From positions 1-17,730 of the forward strand of contig JBHLRQ010000068.1 of assembly GCA_048882385.1 (NCBI GenBank): a DNA stretch of 17,730 bases, in the 5' to 3' direction. This stretch comes from Candidatus Thorarchaeota archaeon. Lineage in GTDB: Archaea > Asgardarchaeota > Thorarchaeia > Thorarchaeales > Thorarchaeaceae. Positions 8,706 through 15,525 of the stretch are shown here, one piece after another; within the stretch, counting starts at the first letter, position 1; each line of letters opens with the position of its first letter. The position numbers and the translations under genes are program-made. The notes beneath the pieces are model-generated. The model saw only the letters and a program-made list of their open reading frames with translations. It was not told where the DNA came from and did not search any database.

Positions 8706-9755
8706 CTATTTGAGTAGTCTTTCAAGCGTAGTTGCAATCCTAGCAATGTCTTCACGTGCAATCATTCTACTCATCACAATTCTTGTCCTGACACCATAGC
8801 CGCCATAGACCTTGATATTTTCCTTCGCCAATTCTTCTGAGAGCCCCATCTGGCTGATTGATAGGTTCTGCAACCCAAGAAATATGATATTTGTATCAGG
8901 TTCATCGATCTCCAGATTTGGAATATCCTTGATCTTATTGTAGAGCAATTTTGCATTGTCATGGTCATCCTTTAGTCTATCAACCATTTTCTCCAGTGCA
9001 ACAATTCCAGGAGCTGCAATAATCCCTGCTTGTCGCATTCCACCACCGAGTTTCTTCCTTATTCTATGTGACTCATAGATGAACTCCTCAGTTCCAGCTA
9101 TGATTGATCCAATTGGAGCTGATAGACCCTTACTTAGACAGATTTGGACCGAATCAACATTTTCCACCAACCGCTTCGCTGGAATATCTAAGGCAACTGC
9201 AGCGTTGAACAGTCTTGCTCCATCACAGTGCACTCTGAGACCCAAATCGTGAGCAGTTGATGAAAGTGCATCGACCTGATTTGGTCGTATTACTGCTCCT
9301 CCCGCATAGTTGTGTGTGTTCTCTATCACGACCATTGCTGTTCTTGCATAATGTGCGTCATCAGGACTGATGGCAGACTTGAGGGTTTCTGGTAATATAT
9401 ACCCTCTCTCGCCCTTGACAGGTTTCGGATATAATCCTCCCATCGAAGCCATTGAACCAGCTTCGAAGACAAAAGTGTGTGATCGATCTTCAACAACTAT
9501 CTCATCGCCCCTTTTAGATTGAGCAAGAAGGGAGATGAGATTGCCCTGCGTTCCTGAAGTTACCAATAGAGAAGCCTCCTTTCCGAGGATTTTTGCAGCT
9601 TTTTCTTGGAGTTCGTTTACAACCTCGTCCTCACCGATGACATCATCGCCAAATCTTCCAGCTTTATGCGCATTGACAATGGCCTCAATCATTTCATCAG
9701 TTGGTTGAGTAATCGTATCACTGCGCAGGTCGAGAGTCTTCATAGTACTGGACAC
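8706..9755 (-). CDS. ltaE: Low-specificity L-threonine aldolase (PLP-dependent)
   Basis: DLRSDT, SGTQGN, IENTHN, HCDGARLFNA, CLSKGLSAPIGS (PLP lysine), RKKLGGGMRQAG, DHDNA. ATG 9743 is an alternative start. Confidence 0.95.
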   Translation of the reverse strand: MSSTMKTLDLRSDTITQPTDEMIEAIVNAHKAGRFGDDVIGEDEVVNELQEKAAKILGKEASLLVTSGTQGNLISLLAQSKRGDEIVVEDRSHTFVFEAGSMASMGGLYPKPVKGERGYILPETLKSAISPDDAHYARTAMVVIENTHNYAGGAVIRPNQVDALSSTAHDLGLRVHCDGARLFNAAVALDIPAKRLVENVDSVQICLSKGLSAPIGSIIAGTEEFIYESHRIRKKLGGGMRQAGIIAAPGIVALEKMVDRLKDDHDNAKLLYNKIKDIPNLEIDEPDTNIIFLGLQNLSISQMGLSEELAKENIKVYGGYGVRTRIVMSRMIAREDIARIATTLERLLK

Positions 9756-9859
9756 TCCTGTTCCCCGATTTAGCCTTAGCGCTTGTGCTCAATTGACAAC
9801 GCATAAAGGGACGACACTAATCCTGAAACACCCTAAGTTTCATTCTGGAGTGCATCAAG

Positions 9860-11155
9860 ATGACTGAAGAGGTGAAGCTCAGCTACCTAGAAAAGCTACA
9901 ACTCTTTGGTCGCGACGCGAAGCTATACATTACAATTGCTTTCCTTGGAGCCTTCTCTTGGGGAATCAGCGGAGTCATCTTCAATCTCTATTTGAGAGAT
10001 GCTGGATTTACCGAGGATTTTATTGGGTTTTTCCTTTCTGCATCAATGTTTGCAACAGCTGGTATTGCATTCATCGCTGGATTATTGTCAGATAGATCTA
10101 GTCGAAAAAAGATCATCCTGGTCGCCAATATCATTGCATTCTTTATATTGGTGATTCAGTATACTACACTCAATCCACTTGGGCTGATTATGTCTCAAAT
10201 CTTACTTGGACTTTCCAGTGCATTTAGGGAGGTTGCATGGTCTCCTTATGTCACTGACATCTCAACTGACAGAGAACGGGCGCACCTTTTTGGAGTAGGG
10301 AGTGGTGTATCTTTGCTTGGTGTCTTCGCTGGAAACATCATCGGGGGTATGATGCCACAGGTCTTCGCCAGCATTTCCGGTCTCTCTACAACTGGTCCTC
10401 TTGTCATTCCATATAGATACACTCTATGGCTCAGTCTTATCCCAAGTGCTATTGCTATTCTTCTCATTTCGAAGATGTCCACAGATACTCCATCTTGTAC
10501 AACTGTTACATTAGGACTGAAGAATGTTCGAAACTGGGGATTCATTGGGAAGTATACGTCAGCTATTGCCAGTGTTGGCTTAGGTGCTGGAATGATTGTA
10601 ATGTTCTTCAATCTCTTCTTTACCCATGAATTTCCAATAGACTCAGGACTACTAGGTTTAATTTTCGGAGTCAACACTATCATACTCTCAGCTGGGAACT
10701 TCTTAGCACCAGCTCTGGCTGACAAGATTGGAAAAGTTCGCACTGTTGTTTTGACAGAAGCACTCTCAATTCCTTTTCTGCTTACATTATCGTTTGCAAA
10801 TACTCTTGAACTAGCAGTACTTGGTTATGTAGCTCGCAATGTATTGATGAATATGGCAGGTCCAATTTCAAATGCATTCTTCATGGAGGGTCTTACGAAG
10901 GAGGAAAGGGCTACTGCTGTTGGAGTGGTACGTTCAGCTGATTCCCTTGTAAGAGCCATCGCTGCTAATATTGGGGGGTGGTTGTTGGCTCTTGGGCTCT
11001 ATAGACTTCCCTATCTCTTGGTTTCAGGTCTTTATATTCTAGGAATCACATGCTTCTTCGGATTCTTTAGAAACAAAGAGAGAGAGCTGAAACTCCTTGG
11101 GGACGCAGCTCTTTCACTTGCGGAAGTGCCTAAAGAAACCATAGATGCAACATGA
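9860..11155 (+). CDS. Major facilitator superfamily transporter
   Basis: About 12 hydrophobic segments, motif A GLLSDRSSRK and its repeat ALADKIGKVR, and ERA motifs in both halves. Confidence 0.92.
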   Translation: MTEEVKLSYLEKLQLFGRDAKLYITIAFLGAFSWGISGVIFNLYLRDAGFTEDFIGFFLSASMFATAGIAFIAGLLSDRSSRKKIILVANIIAFFILVIQYTTLNPLGLIMSQILLGLSSAFREVAWSPYVTDISTDRERAHLFGVGSGVSLLGVFAGNIIGGMMPQVFASISGLSTTGPLVIPYRYTLWLSLIPSAIAILLISKMSTDTPSCTTVTLGLKNVRNWGFIGKYTSAIASVGLGAGMIVMFFNLFFTHEFPIDSGLLGLIFGVNTIILSAGNFLAPALADKIGKVRTVVLTEALSIPFLLTLSFANTLELAVLGYVARNVLMNMAGPISNAFFMEGLTKEERATAVGVVRSADSLVRAIAANIGGWLLALGLYRLPYLLVSGLYILGITCFFGFFRNKERELKLLGDAALSLAEVPKETIDAT

Positions 11156-11156
11156 A

Positions 11157-11651
11157 CTAACGTCTTCGGAAAACTGCGAATATAACAGCAATAACTCCAA
11201 TCACTACAACTACTAAAGCAATAATCAAGGTCAAGTCTAAAGGCGTTGTTCCTCCATTTGTTGGAGTTGTTGTAGTTACTGAAGGATCGACAACTGTAAC
11301 ATCATCTGTGTATTGACCAGAAATGATACACTTGGCTGTGATACTCAAGACATCTCCATGCACTGCTGAGATGCTATAAGTCGCAGACATTCCAGAGGTT
11401 GTATTTTGAGTTGTATAGTCTCTTGTTAGCACAACCACTGAGTTTTTCTCCACCACTACTTGATAGATATAGTGAGTATTCACATCACTAACTGAATGAG
11501 TTACCTGGACTGAAAGGAGTTGTGTCCCAAAGTCATAATCTAGTGTCATTGGCCCTGGTGTGTGAGCGGTCACAGGAGCTACTTGCAGTAGCAGTAGTGA
11601 GAGGAAAATGACACTCAAGATTGGTGTCTTCTTACTGACCATCATTAGCAC
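11157..11651 (-). CDS. Secreted, membrane-anchored protein with superoxide reductase/desulfoferrodoxin-like metal-binding domain (paralog A)
   Basis: Signal peptide ending VTA|H; H30-x-P, H52, H60-Y-I, C108-x3-G; Thr-rich linker; TM helix plus RRR. The true start is probably ATG 11645 or 11642 after AGGTG. The CDS is solid; the fold call is inference. Confidence 0.75.
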   Translation of the reverse strand: MLMMVSKKTPILSVIFLSLLLLQVAPVTAHTPGPMTLDYDFGTQLLSVQVTHSVSDVNTHYIYQVVVEKNSVVVLTRDYTTQNTTSGMSATYSISAVHGDVLSITAKCIISGQYTDDVTVVDPSVTTTTPTNGGTTPLDLTLIIALVVVVIGVIAVIFAVFRRR

Positions 11652-11680
11652 CTTGAACTCTCAAATATGCTTTACTTGAG

Positions 11681-11713
11681 ATAATAGTGTTTCTAAATTA
11701 TGGTGACCGCTTG
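11681..11713 (-). promoter_or_regulatory. Promoter region of paralog A, conserved with 12349..12386
   Basis: ATAATAGTGTTTCTAAAT (11681-11698) vs ATAATAATGTTTCCAAAT (12349-12366), 16/18 identical. It reads GAAACA-YTATTAT (BRE/TATA-like) on the minus strand. Both regions share the ACCGCTTG box. Confidence 0.65.
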
Positions 11714-11741
11714 ATCATTTCATTATTGAACTCTATCTATA

Positions 11742-12320
11742 TCATCTACGTTTGACAACTGCAACAACAAAGATGATGATGATAGCGGCTCCTGCACCTA
11801 CTGCCAATATAACGAAATTGGAATCCATGTCGGTTGGAGGTGCGGTAGGAGTTGTAGATACAGAACCTGTTGTCGTGTCAGTTGTATCAGTTGTGGTTGT
11901 GCTGTCTGTTGTTGTGGTGGTTGTGTCTGTAGTTGTGGTAGTAGTAGCTGAAGGGTCTGAAACAGTTATTGATTCCGATAACTGACCTGCAAGATTACAA
12001 ATAGCAGTCACTCTGAGCACATCACCATCATCTGCTGGAACGTTAAATGTGTCAATTATGCTGGCTGACGATGGTTGAGACGTGTAATCTCTGGTTGTGA
12101 ACACAACTGAGTTTTTCTCAACAATAATCTGAACAATATAGTGTGTACTTGGATTGACAGTATTGTGCGAAACATCGACTGTCAAAACCTGAGTTCCAAA
12201 GTTATAGTCAAGGTGTACTTCAGATGGTCCATGTGCACTCACTGGAGCTACTTGGATGAATAATATTGAGATGAATAATATCGCAAGATACGATAGCCTT
12301 GTTTTAGTCACCATTCCCAA
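11742..12320 (-). CDS. Secreted, membrane-anchored protein with superoxide reductase/desulfoferrodoxin-like metal-binding domain (paralog B)
   Basis: Signal peptide ending VSA|H; H30-x-P, H52, H60-Y-I, C108-N-L-A-G; long Thr/Asp linker; TM helix plus KRR. Aligns without gaps to paralog A over the ectodomain. Confidence 0.75.
   Translation of the reverse strand: MGMVTKTRLSYLAILFISILFIQVAPVSAHGPSEVHLDYNFGTQVLTVDVSHNTVNPSTHYIVQIIVEKNSVVFTTRDYTSQPSSASIIDTFNVPADDGDVLRVTAICNLAGQLSESITVSDPSATTTTTTDTTTTTTDSTTTTDTTDTTTGSVSTTPTAPPTDMDSNFVILAVGAGAAIIIIFVVAVVKRR
11868..11945 (-). repeat. Low-complexity ACN-codon tract encoding Thr-rich stalk (TTTTTTDTTTTTTDSTTTTDTTDTTT)
   Basis: 26-codon Thr/Asp run inside 11742..12320; third codon positions are varied. 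Confidence 0.85.
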
Positions 12321-12348
12321 CTTCGTAGTTAACTATTGTTATTTCATT

Positions 12349-12386
12349 ATAATAATGTTTCCAAATAGTTCTTCGATAACCGCTTG
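12349..12386 (-). promoter_or_regulatory. Promoter region of paralog B within the divergent intergenic region
   Basis: Matches 11681..11713 and overlaps the palindrome CATTAT-A-ATAATG (12345-12357). Confidence 0.6.
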
Positions 12387-12397
12387 TTTCATATGGC

Positions 12398-13435
12398 GTG
12401 ATGCATTTTCAGAATTTGATGATACGTGAGATTTTCTTGATTGATCGCAGTGTTTTACAGTTCCACTATAGTAGTGAAGATTCTACTAGTGATGATGACA
12501 GAGCAGTGTTGTCGTCAGGATTCTTCTCAGCAATTCAAGACTTCAGTTCGCACGCTCGCTCTGACGCTCTAGATTCCTTCTCAACTGAAAATGAGTACTT
12601 TCTCTATCTTCGTTTTCCTAACTCAGATAGAGTGCTTGTAGGTGTGTTTGATAGAAAAGCACCCGAAGTATTTGCGCGTGAAGCCATGGAGAAAATAAAG
12701 ACGATACTACAAGATGTTAAGCTGCCCGAGATTGAAGGAATGCAACTACCTCCAGAGAAGAAGGAAGAGATACGGGAACGAATATCTCTCATAAATATTC
12801 AGTTATTCAGTGACGAGCGGTTGTCATCCATTGTGATTGATTTACTGGAAGGAAGAAGCGACATTCCTCTTGCTTTTCTGGTTGATTCCAGTAGTAACTC
12901 TCTTATCACAAGTTTCTCACGACCAAAACCACTATTCAAGGATCAACAAGTTCGAGAATTTCTCCTTGTTCATTCCACCTTGAAAAAAACTCTTGAAAAC
13001 CTCGAGATAGATGCTGAGTACTCCTATTTTGTGGTTGAGTCCAGTGATTATGCAGTTGTTGCTTGTAATGGGGGTCGGCTCCTAAGTGTTGCTAGTGGAG
13101 CTATGAAAACCCCAATAGAGAATGTGTATGATGCAGCTACGAAAATCTGCTACGCTGATGTGTTCGACCCGGAGATTGAGAAATCAGTTGATGGCAAAAT
13201 TATTGGTGAATTGGTCCTAAGAGATGGTCGAGTGATTCGAAGCTCTGGTCAGAATCTTCCTATTAACGCTCACATCTTCATCTCTACTCTCAATAAGAAT
13301 GTTGAATCTATGTTTCGATCTCTTACACGTCGCCCCTTTACGAAGTTTTATGCTCGGATTATTAATGAATTACCTGTAGGACTTGCATTGAGTAAGGAAA
13401 ATGGGGATATTATATTCCAACTCTCGCAATCGTAG
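12398..13435 (+). CDS. Multidomain longin + roadblock/LAMTOR-like protein (Asgard eukaryotic-signature-type)
   Basis: The N-terminal MIREIFLID..QFHY...LSSGFFSAIQDFS...FLYLRF...VLVGVFD...AREAMEKI pattern fits Asgard-type longin domains. Residues ~140-253 fit roadblock topology (helix, AFLVD, helix, YFVVES, YAVVA, LLSVA, helix). Likely start is ATG 12419. Confidence 0.7.
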   Translation: MMHFQNLMIREIFLIDRSVLQFHYSSEDSTSDDDRAVLSSGFFSAIQDFSSHARSDALDSFSTENEYFLYLRFPNSDRVLVGVFDRKAPEVFAREAMEKIKTILQDVKLPEIEGMQLPPEKKEEIRERISLINIQLFSDERLSSIVIDLLEGRSDIPLAFLVDSSSNSLITSFSRPKPLFKDQQVREFLLVHSTLKKTLENLEIDAEYSYFVVESSDYAVVACNGGRLLSVASGAMKTPIENVYDAATKICYADVFDPEIEKSVDGKIIGELVLRDGRVIRSSGQNLPINAHIFISTLNKNVESMFRSLTRRPFTKFYARIINELPVGLALSKENGDIIFQLSQS

Positions 13436-13474
13436 TCCTAGGAAATCCATTTTAGACTGAATGTCGATGAACCA

Positions 13475-14221
13475 ATGAGCAGATTCAGGACTGTATCATC
13501 AATGAGCCATAGTGGTGACAATCAACAGCTCGAAGCTGTATTCTTGTATAGGGGAATTCTTGATGCATATGATGCTGTTGGTACTGAACTCATAGGTCCT
13601 AAAGTTCTTGATGAGCATGTACTACCAAGAATGGTTTACTATGTTCGCGAATTCTTGCCAGAGGTTTTCTCAGAAAGGGCTGATTCATCACAACTTGTCA
13701 AAGAATTGAAAACTTTTCTTTCAGATTTTCATGATAAAGTGGATGAAGCCCAAAACAGCGGAACCACCGAAGGTCTAACGATGGAAGAGATCTGGAAGCT
13801 CAGAGCCGCTATTTTCGGATACGAATCAGTATTCATCAATATTCTAGGAGAAACTGCAATCAAGGACTATGTGTTTGTGCGTATGGCTGATATTCTAGCA
13901 TCGTATTTACCCGAGCAACTTCTTGATCCTGCAGTGTCTCTCTCTGATAAGTTACAAAGATATGCAGACTACATCTCTGAACATGGATTTGTAAAGTATG
14001 CTCGTGTAACCACGAGTAATGATAGAGTAACAGTAGCTGCCAATTATTGCGCCTTTGCAAGAATCCACGACTCTGATGCATATCAGAATTTGAATGTCCG
14101 CTTTTGTCCTTGGGGTATGATAGGTTCTGCAATAGTTACTGCTCATGAGGGCAAAGGTACGCTCTTAAAATCAAGTATCTTCACAACCAGAGGAAGTGTT
14201 AGTGAGATAGAACCAAAATAG
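13475..14221 (+). CDS. V4R/MetOD1/Bet3-like fold protein with duplicated N-terminal helical region
   Basis: C-terminal GFVKYARV..DRVTVAANYCAFARIH...FCPWGMIGSAI... resembles the V4R-type CxF...CP pattern. A 47-aa internal repeat is present. Alternative start ATG 13502. Confidence 0.6.
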   Translation: MSRFRTVSSMSHSGDNQQLEAVFLYRGILDAYDAVGTELIGPKVLDEHVLPRMVYYVREFLPEVFSERADSSQLVKELKTFLSDFHDKVDEAQNSGTTEGLTMEEIWKLRAAIFGYESVFINILGETAIKDYVFVRMADILASYLPEQLLDPAVSLSDKLQRYADYISEHGFVKYARVTTSNDRVTVAANYCAFARIHDSDAYQNLNVRFCPWGMIGSAIVTAHEGKGTLLKSSIFTTRGSVSEIEPK

Positions 14222-14235
14222 AAGGAGGAAAGAAT

Positions 14236-14670
14236 ATGCAACAACTCTTTGGCATTCCCATTCCATACTTTGTACTCATCTTAGAGGTGATAGTACTCGT
14301 TGTCTTGGTCATTGGTTGGCTGTATGGAGCGCGGAGAATGCACTTCAAATTGCATCATAAAGCAGTTTATTTCGTCGCTTTGATACATTTACTGACGGTA
14401 GGAGTCTGGATGATTCCTCAGGCAATCGATCGACTTTCAATCATGCTACTAAATCCCGTAATGAACTGGTACCAGATTGTGCATGATATCGTTGGATTAC
14501 TAGCAATTGGATTGGGTGTTCTTTTAGTAGTAGTATTCCTAATTAAGAGTGGAATGCCGCTCAAACTTCTGAAACGCACGCGGCCGCTTATGTTCCTTAC
14601 AATAGGAACCTGGGTTATCGCTTTTGTCCTCGGAGTTTACTGGTTCCTTCTCGCGTGGGTGTTAATCTAG
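14236..14670 (+). CDS. 4-TM membrane protein, DUF420/cytochrome b561-like
   Basis: Four hydrophobic helices, with GW...RR.H..HH, IVHDIVG and W.IAFVLG patterns as in DUF420-like proteins. AAGGAGG RBS in the 14-nt gap after the upstream stop. Confidence 0.7.
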   Translation: MQQLFGIPIPYFVLILEVIVLVVLVIGWLYGARRMHFKLHHKAVYFVALIHLLTVGVWMIPQAIDRLSIMLLNPVMNWYQIVHDIVGLLAIGLGVLLVVVFLIKSGMPLKLLKRTRPLMFLTIGTWVIAFVLGVYWFLLAWVLI

Positions 14671-14738
14671 CCAAATAACAGAATCTCTCCAGCCAACAAA
14701 ATAAGTTATCACAATAGTCTTACTCGATAATACTGTGA

Positions 14739-15521
14739 GTGTTCAAATTGAATATGGATGAATGCTTTAAGGCTGACATTCTCAAACCCCGAGTTATCAT
14801 GCTGGAAACAGTGGAATCTACAAGTATTGAAGCCAAACGTCACCTCACTGAGGGTGAAAAAGAGGGACTGATCATAATGGCTCGTACACAGATAAGTGGA
14901 CATGGAAGAAAAGGTCGTCCGTGGTTTTCTCCAATGGGAGGTCTCTATTTTTCGATTGTACTTGAACCTCGACTTGGAGATGAAAACACTCCCTTGCTAG
15001 GACTCCTTTGTGCGTGTGCTGTTAGACGGGCACTTCACTCACTTGGAATTGAAGTTCAAGTGAAATGGCCCAACGATGTATTAGTGGACGAGAAGAAGAT
15101 AGCAGGAATCCTCAGCGAAGCAATATCCGTTGACAATAAAACACTAGGAATAGTCATTGGAATTGGAGTAAACCAAAATTGTCCTGTTTCCGAGATCTCC
15201 GGTTTAGAATGGCCAACAACATCGGTTTTTGATGAGCTTGGACGAACGACCTCGATTGAATCTTTATTGTGTGACATTGTGAACGAAATAGATTCTCTCA
15301 TCAAGATAGTCGAAATCAACTCTTCATTTTCTGCAGTTCTAGAGGAATGGAGAAAAACAAGCTCCACTCTAGGTTCTCCAGTTCGAGTTATTGAGGATGG
15401 TAAAACCACGGATGGAGTTGCTAAAGACATATGTGAGGACGGTTCACTGCTTGTTGAAACTGATCAAGGTATGGTGAAGGTCATGATTGGTGATGTTCAT
15501 CATCTTCGACATGGAGAGTAA
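14739..15521 (+). CDS. birA: Biotin--[acetyl-CoA-carboxylase] ligase (monofunctional, no N-terminal HTH)
   Basis: ESTS, QISGHGRKGRPWFSP.GGLYFS, KWPND, KKIAGILSE, GIGVN, C-terminal DGSLLV..GDV. Start uncertain (14739/14748/14754). Confidence 0.95.
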   Translation: MFKLNMDECFKADILKPRVIMLETVESTSIEAKRHLTEGEKEGLIIMARTQISGHGRKGRPWFSPMGGLYFSIVLEPRLGDENTPLLGLLCACAVRRALHSLGIEVQVKWPNDVLVDEKKIAGILSEAISVDNKTLGIVIGIGVNQNCPVSEISGLEWPTTSVFDELGRTTSIESLLCDIVNEIDSLIKIVEINSSFSAVLEEWRKTSSTLGSPVRVIEDGKTTDGVAKDICEDGSLLVETDQGMVKVMIGDVHHLRHGE

Positions 15522-15525
15522 GATT

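Noticed and set aside
11868-11945. Tandem repeat as CRISPR, VNTR or phase-variation tract
   Set aside because: Codon third positions vary and there is no repeat-spacer structure; it is an ordinary Thr-rich, probably glycosylated linker.
11752-11985. Val-rich 77-aa ORF on + strand
   Set aside because: It is the antisense shadow of the Thr-rich stalk (ACN codons) of 11742..12320.
3570-12320. Archaeosortase (PGF-CTERM) signals on the three TM+basic-tail surface proteins
   Set aside because: No PGF/PEF-type motif precedes the TM helices, so they are treated as plain C-terminal anchors.
15487-15521. 35-nt overlap of birA and the phosphoesterase
   Set aside because: Artefact of longest-ORF start choice; TTG 15526 with a GGAG RBS removes it.
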